Origin: Dehalococcoidia bacterium
GTDB taxonomy: Bacteria; Chloroflexota; Dehalococcoidia; DSTF01; JACRBR01
NCBI GenBank assembly: GCA_035632115.1
Contig: DASQHL010000133.1
Span: 792-64,791 of the forward strand
DNA: 64,000 nucleotides
Reading direction: 5' to 3'
Shown here in pieces: positions 1 through 9,171 of this stretch (position 1 is its first letter; the number at the start of each line of letters is the position of its first letter). Under the pieces are notes generated by a model. That model made no database searches. It was given only the letters and a program-made list of their open reading frames with translations, and was not told where the DNA came from. The translations under genes were made by a program, and so were the position numbers.

Positions 1-1
1 G

Positions 2-472
2 CTGGACGCCCACTCGGACCTGCGTGACGAGTACCTGGACTCGCGCTACAACCACGCCTGCACGCTGCGGCGCGCGCTCGACGTGGCGCCGGTGACGCAG
101 GTCGGCCTGCGCAGCGCATCGGCCGAGGACGCGGCGCTGATTCGCGAGCGCGACCTCGCGTTCTTCTCGCCGGCGGCGTATCGGTCGGCTGGCGCGGCTG
201 CCGTAGCGGCACGCCTCGGCGACGACGTGTACATCACGATCGACCTCGATGGCTTCGACCCGTCTGAGATGTCGGCAGTGGGCACACCGGAGCCGGGCGG
301 CCTCCACTGGGACGAAGTGTCGGAGTTGCTGGCTGCCGTCGCGCGGTCGCGGCGCGTGGTGGGCTTCGACGTGACGGAGCTGTCGCCCTCACTGGGGCCG
401 CGGTCCTGCGCGCAGCTTGCGGCGAAGCTGGCGTACCGGCTGATCGGCCTGGCGCTCGGCCCGGTGGAGTAG
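2..472 (+). CDS. Arginase/agmatinase/formimidoylglutamase-family ureohydrolase, C-terminal fragment (the 5' end lies outside the window)
   Basis: Open frame from the window edge to the stop at 470-472. Translation ...ITIDLDGFDPSEMSAVGTPEPGGLHWDEV...VGFDVTELSP contains the ureohydrolase metal-binding motifs (DxDxxDP, S/G-x-D-V-x-E). Confidence 0.7.
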   Translation: MDAHSDLRDEYLDSRYNHACTLRRALDVAPVTQVGLRSASAEDAALIRERDLAFFSPAAYRSAGAAAVAARLGDDVYITIDLDGFDPSEMSAVGTPEPGGLHWDEVSELLAAVARSRRVVGFDVTELSPSLGPRSCAQLAAKLAYRLIGLALGPVE

Positions 473-476
473 CGCG

Positions 477-821
477 ATGCCCGAGCGCAAGGGACGAAAG
501 CGCCGCGCGGAGCGGCCGCGCACCCACGGGCGCGGGCGGGAGATAGGATCACGGGCGCCGCGTCCGGAGCGCGAGCCCCCGACTGCCCCCGCCTACACGA
601 CGCGGCCGGCGTTGCGCTGGCGCTACGCGGGCTTCCTCCTGGGCGCCCTGACGATGTTCTTCGCCGTGCTGACGGTGGCCCAGGGCGTGAGCAGCTCCGG
701 CGCGAACGCCCTGTTCCTGCTGGCCGTCGGCAGCTTCCTGGTCGCCCTGGCCGTCGTGCTGGCAGCGCTGTCGCTGGTGCCCGACCGCGTGCGGGCGCTG
801 TTCGTGCGCGGCGACCGGTAG
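477..821 (+). CDS. Small hypothetical membrane protein with an Arg-rich N-terminus followed by two predicted TM helices
   Basis: 114-aa ORF packed tightly between flanking genes. Hydrophobic segments GFLLGALTMFFAVLTVAQ and LLAVGSFLVALAVVLAAL. No recognisable family, and the start is uncertain. Confidence 0.35.
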   Translation: MPERKGRKRRAERPRTHGRGREIGSRAPRPEREPPTAPAYTTRPALRWRYAGFLLGALTMFFAVLTVAQGVSSSGANALFLLAVGSFLVALAVVLAALSLVPDRVRALFVRGDR

Positions 822-834
822 GCCACGCCCGGAC

Positions 835-1872
835 TTGCGCGAGAGCGCCGCGCGTGAACAATCGGACAGTATGGGACCAGCGCTGCTCCCCCCGTATCCG
901 AACGGCTGGTATACGCTGGCGCTCTCTCGGGACCTCCCGCGGGGAGCCGTGCAGCCACTGACCTTCATGGGAAAGGACGCGGTGCTGTTCCGCACGCGCT
1001 CGGGCGCCGTGGGCGCCGTCGACGCATACTGCCCGCACCTGGGGGCGCACCTGGGCTACGGCGGTACCGTGGAGGGCGAATCGATCCGCTGCCCGTTCCA
1101 CGGCTTCTGCTACGACACCGGCGGCGCATGCACGTTCATCCCATACGGGACGAAGCCGCCGCCGCTGGCGAGGCTGGCGACGCTCCACGCGCGCGAGGTG
1201 CACGGCCTGGTCATCGCCTACCACGACGCCGAGGGACTGGCGCCGGCCTGGGAGGTGCCCGACCTCGAGATGGACGGCTGGTCGCCGCTGCTCGTGAAGG
1301 CGTGGCGGCTGCGCGGGCACCCGCAGGAGACGTCGGAGAACAGCGTCGACTTCGGTCACTTCTCGCAGACCCACCGCTACACCGACGTGGAGGTCCTGCA
1401 GGAGCCGGTGACCGATGGCCCCTACCTCCACGCCGCGTACGCGATGACGCGTCCAGCCGGGCGGTTCGGACGCGGCGTGCGGACGGAGTTCGAGGCGCAT
1501 GTGCGGGGCCTCGGGTACTCGTTCGTGGAGATCCGCGTCCCGCAGTACGATCTCCGGGCGCGTCTGTTCGTGCTGGCGACACCGTCAGCGGGGCGCGAGA
1601 TCACGCTGCGCGTCGCCGTGAGCCTGCACGGGGATACGCGGCCCGCGCGCATCCACCCGCTCCTGGCCGCGGTGCCACGCTGGCTGGTCAACCGGATCAT
1701 CGCGCGCGCAACGTTCAACGGCGTGGTGCACGACGTGGAGCAGGACGTGCCGATCTGGCAGCACAAGCGCTACGTGCAGCCGCCGATCCTCGCGGCCGGT
1801 GACGGCCCGGTGGGGAAGTACCGCCAGTGGGCGAAGCAGTTCTACCGCGGCGCCGATGTAGCGCTGGTCTAG
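835..1872 (+). CDS. Rieske [2Fe-2S] non-haem iron oxygenase (PaO/Tic55/KshA-like alpha subunit)
   Basis: Rieske motif CPHLGAHL...CPFHGF. Mononuclear-iron motif E-x3-D-x2-H-x4-H (ENSVDFGHFSQTH). An alternative start is the ATG at 871. Confidence 0.85.
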   Translation: MRESAAREQSDSMGPALLPPYPNGWYTLALSRDLPRGAVQPLTFMGKDAVLFRTRSGAVGAVDAYCPHLGAHLGYGGTVEGESIRCPFHGFCYDTGGACTFIPYGTKPPPLARLATLHAREVHGLVIAYHDAEGLAPAWEVPDLEMDGWSPLLVKAWRLRGHPQETSENSVDFGHFSQTHRYTDVEVLQEPVTDGPYLHAAYAMTRPAGRFGRGVRTEFEAHVRGLGYSFVEIRVPQYDLRARLFVLATPSAGREITLRVAVSLHGDTRPARIHPLLAAVPRWLVNRIIARATFNGVVHDVEQDVPIWQHKRYVQPPILAAGDGPVGKYRQWAKQFYRGADVALV

Positions 1873-1878
1873 CGACGA

Positions 1879-3795
1879 TCAGACCAGCGAGAACATCTCG
1901 ATCGGCTTGACGAGGCCGCTGCGCTCCACCGCGGGCTTGCCCTTCGCCGCCAGGCGCAGGTCGAATCGGTCCAGGCAGTCGTCGGCGTTCTGATTCTGCA
2001 CGCCGCAGACGTTGCACGGCTGCTTGTGGCAGTCCGGCGTCTGTTCGTGCTTGAGGGTGCGCAGCCACTCCGCCCGCAGGTACGACTCCGTCACGCCGAT
2101 GTTGATGTGCGACCAGGGAAACGGGTCCCAGAGCCCCGGCGAGCGATACGCGAAGAACGCCGGGTCGAGGCTGGCGGCATCGAGGGCGCGCTCCCATCGT
2201 GGCCAGTCGTAGTGTTCGTGCCAGGCGTCGAAGCGGGCGCCGCCCCGCCACGCATGCTCGATCGCCGCGCCCAGGCGGCGGTCGCCCCGCGAGAGCACGG
2301 CTTCGAGGAGGCTGTGCTCGGGGTCTTCCCACGTGAAGGCGACGCCGGACTTCTTGAGCGCGTCGCGCAGGTAGAAGTGGCGCTCGCGGAGCACGTCCGG
2401 GCGTGCCTGCTGCGCCCACTGGAACGGCGTGTGGGCCTTCGGGATGAAGTTCGAGGTGCTGACGCGCACGCGCGCGCGGCCGCCGTGCCGCTTGCGCCCG
2501 ATCTCACGCACCCGCCGGGCCAGTGTGACGATGCCCTCGACGTCCTCGTGCGTCTCCGTGGGCTGTCCGCACATGAAGTACATCTTGACGTTGGTCCAGC
2601 CGGCCGCGAAGGCGCGCTCCGCCGCGGTGTACAGATCGTCGTCGGTGACGATCTTGTTGATCGTCATGCGGAGGCGCTCCGTGCCGGCCTCGGGCGCGAA
2701 GGTGATGCTGTGCTTGCCGCGCGAAGCGACAGCCTCGGCGATCTGCACGGAAAAGCTGTCGACGCGCATCGAGGGCAGCGACAGCGCCAGACGGTCGCCG
2801 AAGTGGCCGCGGACCGCATCGACGATCTCCATGATGCGGGAGTGGTCGGTGGTGCTGAGCGACATCAGTGATAGCTCATCGTAGCCAGTGTTCCGCACCA
2901 GCTCCTTCGCCGCCTCCAGCACCTCCTCGGGCCCCCTCTCGAGCCGGGGGCGGTAGATGATGCCTGCCTGGCAGAACCGGCACCCCTGCGTGCACCCGCG
3001 CTGGATCTCGATGGCGGCGCGGTCGTGCACCGTCTGGAGGAACGGCACGATGGGCCGCGTGAGCGGCGGCGGCAGCTCCTGCACGAAGCGCTTGGTGACG
3101 CGTGCGGGCAGCCAGTCGAGCGTCGGGCGGACGGCGCTGATCGTCCCGTCGGCGTTGTACTCCGGCCGGTAAAAGCGCGGAACGTAGATGCCCCAGATCT
3201 TCGCCAGGCGCTGCAGCATCTCGTCGCGGCTGCCGCGCCCCTGCCGCTTCCACTCGCGCACGAAGTCCGCGACATCGACGATCGTCTCCTCACCGTCGCC
3301 CAGCACGAACACGTCGACGAAGTCGGCGAGCGCGTCCGGGTTGAGCGCGCCGGACCCGCCGCAGATCACCAACGGGTGCGCGTCACTCCGCTCTTCGGCG
3401 CGCACCGGAAGGCCGGCGAGGTCGAGCATGTTGAGGATGTTCGTGTACGTGCCCTCGTAGCTCAGCGAGAAGCCGATGACGTCGAACTCGGTCAACGGGT
3501 GGCGCGACTCCAGGCTCCACAGCGGCACGCCCTCCGCCCTCATGAGCTGCTCCATGTCCGACCACGGCGCGAAGACCCGCTCGGCCAGCATCCCATCGCG
3601 GCGGTTGATGATGTCGTAGAGGATGCCGATGCCCATGTTGGACATGCCGATGTCGTAGAGGTCAGGGTAGGCGAACACCATGCGGACGTCGCAGGCTTCC
3701 CAATCGCGGACAGCCGAGTTCCACTCGCCGCCGGTGTAGCGGGCCGGCTTGCCGACGCGAGCGAACAGAGACTCCAGGTTGTGGAGTGCAGGCAC
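1879..3795 (-). CDS. Radical SAM protein, B12-binding-like N-terminal domain fused to a DUF2344-type C-terminal domain (TIGR03960/TIGR03936-like)
   Basis: 638-aa ORF with the CxxxCxxC radical-SAM cluster motif (CTQGCRFC). High GC3 throughout. Confidence 0.9.
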   Translation of the reverse strand: MPALHNLESLFARVGKPARYTGGEWNSAVRDWEACDVRMVFAYPDLYDIGMSNMGIGILYDIINRRDGMLAERVFAPWSDMEQLMRAEGVPLWSLESRHPLTEFDVIGFSLSYEGTYTNILNMLDLAGLPVRAEERSDAHPLVICGGSGALNPDALADFVDVFVLGDGEETIVDVADFVREWKRQGRGSRDEMLQRLAKIWGIYVPRFYRPEYNADGTISAVRPTLDWLPARVTKRFVQELPPPLTRPIVPFLQTVHDRAAIEIQRGCTQGCRFCQAGIIYRPRLERGPEEVLEAAKELVRNTGYDELSLMSLSTTDHSRIMEIVDAVRGHFGDRLALSLPSMRVDSFSVQIAEAVASRGKHSITFAPEAGTERLRMTINKIVTDDDLYTAAERAFAAGWTNVKMYFMCGQPTETHEDVEGIVTLARRVREIGRKRHGGRARVRVSTSNFIPKAHTPFQWAQQARPDVLRERHFYLRDALKKSGVAFTWEDPEHSLLEAVLSRGDRRLGAAIEHAWRGGARFDAWHEHYDWPRWERALDAASLDPAFFAYRSPGLWDPFPWSHINIGVTESYLRAEWLRTLKHEQTPDCHKQPCNVCGVQNQNADDCLDRFDLRLAAKGKPAVERSGLVKPIEMFSLV

Positions 3796-4018
3796 GGTAT
3801 GTCACCTCCCGGCGCGGTACATGGTATCGGGATGTCACCTGGGTTAGCAATTTTTGGCAGCCCAAAGTCGCGAAACGGGCATCGCCGGGCGGCTTCGGGA
3901 CGGCTTCGGGCGATCTTCCTGTTGCCGCGAAGGTCGAGCCGCACCGCTGGTGCGCACCAGAACCAGACGGGACGCCACATGGCGTCCCGTCTGACTGCTA
4001 TTCGATTGTTCGCGCGAT

Positions 4019-4414
4019 CTAGTAGCGGCGTCCGCCGCCACCACCACCGCCACGGCCACCGCCGCCGCCGTAACCGCCGCCGCCGCTCGGCGCGCGCTGC
4101 TGGAAGCAGTCGCGGCAGTACACCGGGCGGTCGCCGCGTGGCTGGAACGGCACCTCGGTCTCGCGGCCGCAGTTGGCGCACGTCGCCGGGTACATCTGGC
4201 GCGGGCCGGACGAGTAGCCGCCGCCACCCCCACCACCATAGCCTCCGCCGCCACCACCATCGCCGCGCGTCGCCTTGCGGGCGCGACGGCAGTCGGGGCA
4301 GCGCTTGGGCTCGTTGGTGAAGCCGCGGCTGGCGTGGAATTCCTGGTCGTCCGCGGTGAACACGAATGATGCACCGCAGTCGACGCAGGCCAGGTTCTTG
4401 TCGGTGTACGGCAC
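4019..4414 (-). CDS. Small protein with two CxxC...CxxC zinc ribbons (FmdB-like) separated and followed by GGY/RGG glycine-rich repeats
   Basis: GTG start at 4414 preceded by AGAGGAGG at the right spacing. The longer ORF to 4549 has no RBS. Motifs CVDCG...CPDC and CANCG...CRDC. Tracts GGGGGGYGGGGGGGY and GGGGYGGGGGRGGGGGGGRRY. Confidence 0.6.
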   Translation of the reverse strand: MPYTDKNLACVDCGASFVFTADDQEFHASRGFTNEPKRCPDCRRARKATRGDGGGGGGYGGGGGGGYSSGPRQMYPATCANCGRETEVPFQPRGDRPVYCRDCFQQRAPSGGGGYGGGGGRGGGGGGGRRY

Positions 4415-4591
4415 CTGACGACCTCCTCTGAACGTTTCCTTGTCGTCAGGGCGGAGCGCAGCGGTCGGCTGTCGCGGCGGACTTGGACGGGAAACTACTG
4501 TTAGACCCGCTAACAGTAACAGAGTCGTCAACTCCCTTGCAACGATCATTTCTACCGAGTAAAGGGGCCGTTTGGAGGCTGCGGCGCGGGC

Positions 4592-5539
4592 TCAGGCGAA
4601 GGCGGCCACCACCTCGTCATTGATGCGCTGGTACACCTCCCGTTTCCAGGGACCCTGGCTCATCATGATCATCTGGCTGACCCCGGCTCGCGCGTACTCC
4701 TCCACCACCCCGCGGACGTGCGCCGCGTTGCCGATGGGCAGGAGCCGCTTCGCCTCCTCCGGCGACAGCCCCATGCCCGCGCCGAACATCCCGGCGACCC
4801 GGTCGATCAGCCCCTGGTTCTCGCTCACGACAATCGTGGCGAACACTGTCTTCTCGATCTCCGCCGGATCGCGGCCGGCGTCGCGGCAGTGGCGTTCCAG
4901 CACGTCGATCTTCGCGCGGACGGCGGCGGGCGTGCCGGAGACATTCATCACGTCGCCGTACCGCGCCAGCGTGCGCAGCGTGCGCTTCTCGCCGCCACCG
5001 GCGACCATGATCGGCGCATGCGGGCGCTGCACGCACCGCGGCACGAAGACGGCATCGCGCAGCGCGTAGTGCTTGCCCTCGAAGTTGACGGGGCCCGTGG
5101 CGTCGAACAGCGCGCGGATCAGCGCGACGGCCTCCTCCAGCCGGTCCTCGCGCTCCCTCACGGGTGGAAAGGGAATGCCGTACATGCGATGCTCGCCCTC
5201 GTGCCAGGCAGCGCCGATGCCGAACTCCAGGCGGCCGTTGCTGAGGTGGTCGATCGTCGCCGCCATCTTCGCGAGGACCGCGGGTTGCCGGTACGTCACG
5301 CCCGTGACGAGGCACCCGAGCCGGATGCGCCGCGTGACGGCCGCAAGCGCGGCGAGCGCCGACCAGCCTTCGAAGCAGTTGGCGTTCACGTCCTGGCCGG
5401 CGCCCGGCGGGACAAAGTGGTCGAACGTCCAGGCGCTGTGGAACTGCGTCTCGCGGTCGAGGAACGTCCACATGTCCTCGATCTCACGCCATTCGACGTT
5501 GTTGAGACTCGTCTGGAGTCCGAAGCGCATGGTCGTCAT
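4592..5539 (-). CDS. Luciferase-like monooxygenase (LLM) family, F420-dependent oxidoreductase class
   Basis: 315-aa ORF. Full-length luciferase-like TIM-barrel similarity (…LEFGIGAAWHEGEH…, …IMVAGGGEKRTLRTLARYGDVMNV…). Confidence 0.85.
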   Translation of the reverse strand: MTTMRFGLQTSLNNVEWREIEDMWTFLDRETQFHSAWTFDHFVPPGAGQDVNANCFEGWSALAALAAVTRRIRLGCLVTGVTYRQPAVLAKMAATIDHLSNGRLEFGIGAAWHEGEHRMYGIPFPPVREREDRLEEAVALIRALFDATGPVNFEGKHYALRDAVFVPRCVQRPHAPIMVAGGGEKRTLRTLARYGDVMNVSGTPAAVRAKIDVLERHCRDAGRDPAEIEKTVFATIVVSENQGLIDRVAGMFGAGMGLSPEEAKRLLPIGNAAHVRGVVEEYARAGVSQMIMMSQGPWKREVYQRINDEVVAAFA

Positions 5540-5635
5540 GTCGTCCCCCTCGCTGCCACTGTCGCGAGCAGCAGGATACGCGGCTGTCGTGCTTCGGGAC
5601 AGCGCGGGCCGTCGGCTCAGGCGCCCGGAAGGGGG

Positions 5636-6253
5636 TTATGGCCAGAGGTCTGGATACCGCTGCTGGTGGCGCCCGCGCAGCTCCTCGAACAGGGCGCGAT
5701 AGACCGGGGTGGCGAGGTCAGGCGTGGTCATGAGCACGGCGTCCTCGTTGTTGTCGGTGTAGTAGCGCCGTCGGAGACCGACGCGGGAAAAGCCGTACTT
5801 CTCGTAGAGGAGCTGGGCGGCAGCGTTCGAAGCGCGCACCTCCAGCGTCACGCACTCCTGGTCGTACCCCCGCGCTTGCTCGATCGCCGTGATAACGAGG
5901 CGCTCGCCGATGCCCATGCGGCGGTACGCCTCCCGCACGGCGACCGTGACGATGTGCGCTTCGCCGACCATCAGCCAGATGCCGATGAACCCGAGCAGCC
6001 GCTCGCCGGATGCGCTGTCGTCGCTGCCGACGATGCGCCGGAGCGTGCTCCAGAGGCCGCCCGCCGGCTGCGCGTCCGCCTCCTCCGCGGGCGTGGTGAT
6101 GACCGTGTAGCGCGCAATCTGGTTGGTCAGCTCGCGGCGATAGGCGGTCGGCGGCCACATCGCCGAGAATGATTCCCGCTCGATCTCCGCGACCTGCACG
6201 ATGTCGTCGGCTGACATCGGCCGGAGCCGTGTCCGCAGAAGCGTACGCATCAT
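5636..6253 (-). CDS. rimI: GNAT N-acetyltransferase, ribosomal-protein-alanine acetyltransferase (RimI)-like
   Basis: GNAT motif …VAVREAYRRMGIGERLV… and the RimI-like N-terminus IVQVAEIERESF. The true start may be the internal Met at ~6217. Confidence 0.75.
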   Translation of the reverse strand: MMRTLLRTRLRPMSADDIVQVAEIERESFSAMWPPTAYRRELTNQIARYTVITTPAEEADAQPAGGLWSTLRRIVGSDDSASGERLLGFIGIWLMVGEAHIVTVAVREAYRRMGIGERLVITAIEQARGYDQECVTLEVRASNAAAQLLYEKYGFSRVGLRRRYYTDNNEDAVLMTTPDLATPVYRALFEELRGRHQQRYPDLWP

Positions 6254-6293
6254 CCCAGTCTAACATCGGCGGCGGGCGCCAGCCCCGCAGCCC

Positions 6294-8561
6294 TCAGCGC
6301 GGTAGCGACGGCCGGCCCACGCCCTCGTACAGCTGCCGGTAGCGCGCGTAGTTCTCCAGCACGAGGCGCACGTAGCTGCGTGTCTCGTCGAACTCGAGGT
6401 CTTCGACGAACAGGTCGTCGTCGGCGCCAGCGGCGGCTGCTGCGCTCGTGGCCGCGCCCGGCCCGCCGTTGTAGGCGGCGAGCGCCCGGTAGGGGTCGCC
6501 GTTGAACTGGCGGAGCTGGTCGGCGAGGTAGGTGGCGCCGAACCGCAGGCTGACACTCGGCCGGTAGAGGTCGCTGGCCGTGAAGGCGCCGTCGCCGAGC
6601 GCGGTGGCGATGGCCGCGCCGGTGGACGGGATCACCTGCGTCAACCCCAACGCGCCGGCGCTCGAGCCCGCCTGCGCGTCGTAGAAGCTCTCCTGTCGGA
6701 CGAGGGCCAGCAGCAGCGTTGGCGACACTCCCGCCGCCGCCGCGGCCGATGCCGTGAGGTCGCTGTACGCCAGTGGGTAGGCGATGCGAAGCAAGTCGTC
6801 CGGAGGGGCGGGCCGCCCGGCGCCGGTCATCAGCGCGATCAGCGTGGACGCGGCGCGGGCGGCGGCGCTGGTGCGGCCGTCCTGCTGCAGCCGCCGCGTG
6901 ACCTGGAACATCGCGCCCGCGTCCAGCGCGTTCGCCGTGATGATGCCGCGGTACACCGTCTCCGACTGAGCGTGGAGGCCGACGTCGTCCAGGTCCGCCG
7001 CGACGTCCCACTGCGCTCCGCTCGGCAGCTGGGCGGTCGCCGGATCGGCGCCCACCGCGTTGCGCACGAACGTCGCGATGCGCGACCAGTCGGGCGTGTA
7101 CGTCTTGATGTTCGGCTTGCGCTGGCGGGAGTCGTTCTTGCCCAGCAGCACCTCGGCCCGCAGCGCGTAGTAGCTGCCAGGCGCCCCTGGCGCCGTCTCA
7201 TCGACGACGCGTTGAAGCACCTGGCGCGCGCTGGCATCGTGCTCGGCGAGCAGCGCGCGGCCCTGCCAGAAGCGCGCGCGCGTCGCCGTCGCCGCGTCGC
7301 TGGCACTCGCGGCCGTAGCCCATGCCGCCGCCGCACCCGCGTCGTCGCCCGCGCGGAACATCACGAGGCCGCGGTGGAACGCGGCATCGGCTGCCCATTG
7401 CGACGCCGGATAGCCATCGACAAGGGCCTGGTACGTCGCGGCCGCGTCCGCCGTGCGCCCCGCCTGCTCCAGCAGGCGCCCGCGCCACCAGAGCGCGGAA
7501 TCGGCGAGCGTCCCGGTTGGATCGAGGTCGTGCGCGCGCTGGTAGCCATCCATCGCCGCCGCCGTGTTGCCCGCGCGCTCGTCCATGGCGGCGATGTAGT
7601 ACGTCGCCTCCGCGGCGTGGTCCCCCGCGACCACCGCGCGCGCGAGCGCCGCGCGCGCATCGGCGTCGTGGCCGGCGCGATAGGCGACGACGCCGCGCAG
7701 GTAGTCGCTCACGGGTACCGAAGCGGCGTCGAGCTCCGCCACCAGCCCGGCGGCCAGCGCGCTCTCTGGGCTCATCGCAACCGCGCGTTGGTACTGTGCG
7801 GCCCAGTCCGCGTTGCCCTGCCGCTTCTCGATGGCGCCGATGCGCGCGAGCGCGGACGGCACGTCGTCTCCGGCGTCGCGGGCACGGCCGTACCAGGCGA
7901 GTGCATCGGCCGTCGCGCCGCCGTCATCGAACGCCTTGCCGATGCTGAACATGAACGAGTTCTTGAACGCCGGCAGGACGTTGCTGCTCATCACCCGCTG
8001 TGCGGCGGCCTCGGCGTCCGCGGTCCGCCCCAGCCGCGCGAGGAGCTTCGCCTGCTCGATCCGCGCGAAGTCCGCGAGCGCGCCGCCCGCCGCGATGTAG
8101 CGCGTGTAGCCATCGACCGCGTGGAGCGGGTCGCCGGCGTCGTCAAGCGCAGACGCGAGCATGTAGGTCGCTTCGCTGCCATCGGCGCCGCCGCCGGCGC
8201 CGGCAAGGTAGGCGCGCAGGACCGGGATCGCCTCCGCGGCCCGGGAGGTGCGCACCAGGAGCTGCGCCTGCGCGAGGAGGGCGCGCTGGCGTTCCTCACC
8301 CGACTTCGCCGCCGCGACCGCCGCGTACACGTTGATCGCCGCCTCGAAGTCGCCCGTGGCGCGCAGCCTCTGGCCCAGCGCCGCGTCCGCCGGCGCAGGA
8401 GTGGCCGTCGCCGTAGCAGCGCCAGGCGCGAGTGTCGCTGGCGCGAGCGTGGCACTGGGCACGGCGCGCTTACCGCTTCCGCTGCACGCGGCGCAGAAGA
8501 TGCCGATGACGGAGATGAGCGTCGTTGCGCGCGCGGCGATGCGACTGCTGGTTGTGTGCAT
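6294..8561 (-). CDS. Lipoprotein soluble lytic transglycosylase with N-terminal TPR repeats and a C-terminal SLT domain
   Basis: Lipobox LISVIGIFCAACSG. Long TPR-like Ala-rich repeats. SLT catalytic region …LVRQESFYDAQAGSSAGALGLTQVIPSTG…AAYNGGPGA. Confidence 0.85.
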   Translation of the reverse strand: MHTTSSRIAARATTLISVIGIFCAACSGSGKRAVPSATLAPATLAPGAATATATPAPADAALGQRLRATGDFEAAINVYAAVAAAKSGEERQRALLAQAQLLVRTSRAAEAIPVLRAYLAGAGGGADGSEATYMLASALDDAGDPLHAVDGYTRYIAAGGALADFARIEQAKLLARLGRTADAEAAAQRVMSSNVLPAFKNSFMFSIGKAFDDGGATADALAWYGRARDAGDDVPSALARIGAIEKRQGNADWAAQYQRAVAMSPESALAAGLVAELDAASVPVSDYLRGVVAYRAGHDADARAALARAVVAGDHAAEATYYIAAMDERAGNTAAAMDGYQRAHDLDPTGTLADSALWWRGRLLEQAGRTADAAATYQALVDGYPASQWAADAAFHRGLVMFRAGDDAGAAAAWATAASASDAATATRARFWQGRALLAEHDASARQVLQRVVDETAPGAPGSYYALRAEVLLGKNDSRQRKPNIKTYTPDWSRIATFVRNAVGADPATAQLPSGAQWDVAADLDDVGLHAQSETVYRGIITANALDAGAMFQVTRRLQQDGRTSAAARAASTLIALMTGAGRPAPPDDLLRIAYPLAYSDLTASAAAAAGVSPTLLLALVRQESFYDAQAGSSAGALGLTQVIPSTGAAIATALGDGAFTASDLYRPSVSLRFGATYLADQLRQFNGDPYRALAAYNGGPGAATSAAAAAGADDDLFVEDLEFDETRSYVRLVLENYARYRQLYEGVGRPSLPR

Positions 8562-8590
8562 CAGACGCTCCGCCGGACGAAGGGTGTGTT

Positions 8591-8619
8591 TTGACAGGGT
8601 TCAGGTCGAATGGTACCTT
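8591..8619 (+). promoter_or_regulatory. Sigma70-like promoter (-35 TTGACA, 17-nt spacer, -10 TACCTT) upstream of the hypothetical gene at 8653
   Basis: Consensus -35 hexamer at correct spacing to a TAnnnT element in the divergent intergenic region. Confidence 0.35.
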
Positions 8620-8652
8620 CGGATTCAGAGCCCCCGCAATCGAGGCGGCGCG

Positions 8653-9135
8653 ATGAACCTGTTCCGCTTCACCATCATTGACCCGAACGGCGGCATCAGC
8701 TTCGTGGCGCACGGCGAGGCGCTGCCCGCGCTCCTGAAGGCGTGCGCGACGGAGCCGGCGGCGATGGACGAGCTGCTCGATCGCGCGGAGCCGTACTACC
8801 ACGGCCTGCGCGAGCGCGTCGCCAACGGCCTCGCCATGTTCGATGAGCGGAACGCACCCGGCCGGTACGCCGCGATCCACGGCGCGCTCCGCCAGGCGAA
8901 CCCCGACGAGACGCCGCTCTTCCGCATCGTCGACGAGGAGACGCGCGAGGCGAGCCTGCGGCCGGTGAAGGCAGGCGGCGTCATCTTCAACCTGATCGAC
9001 CGCCGCATCGTCACGTTGCAGAACGGCTACCAGGAGATCACGCGCAACGGGCGCGGCGAAGTGTTCGACGGCGAGCGCATGACGGGCGCGACGTTCATCT
9101 ACCGGCTGCCCAAGACGTGGGCGCTCGTACCGTAG
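8653..9135 (+). CDS. Hypothetical protein of 160 aa with no recognisable domain
   Basis: ATG at 8653 in frame with ORF 8248..9135. The upstream part of that ORF is antisense to the transglycosylase. A sigma70-like promoter lies upstream at 8591-8619. High GC3. Confidence 0.5.
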   Translation: MNLFRFTIIDPNGGISFVAHGEALPALLKACATEPAAMDELLDRAEPYYHGLRERVANGLAMFDERNAPGRYAAIHGALRQANPDETPLFRIVDEETREASLRPVKAGGVIFNLIDRRIVTLQNGYQEITRNGRGEVFDGERMTGATFIYRLPKTWALVP

Positions 9136-9171
9136 CGCCGCGCCGGGACGCTTTCCCGTATCCTGAGGCCC

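Noticed and set aside
46-1500. Long antisense or alternative-frame ORFs typical of high-GC DNA. Examples: 46..1500(-), 2026..2871(+), 3025..4320(+), 4718..6172(+), 6972..8594(+), 8470..10383(-), 15394..17073(-), 40145..41428(-), 44444..47635(-), 48327..50069(-), 52655..54292(-), 55570..57306(-).
   Set aside because: Their translations are Arg/Ala/Gly/Pro-rich with no domain signatures. They overlap strongly supported genes on the other strand or frame, and they lack RBS or sensible starts. These are classic GC-driven stop-codon-poor frames, not genes.
4050-4290. Repetitive GGC/GGT/GCC-rich DNA that could be mistaken for a tandem repeat or CRISPR-like array.
   Set aside because: It is the coding sequence for the glycine-rich GGY/RGG tracts of the zinc-ribbon protein. 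It has no spacer/repeat periodicity.
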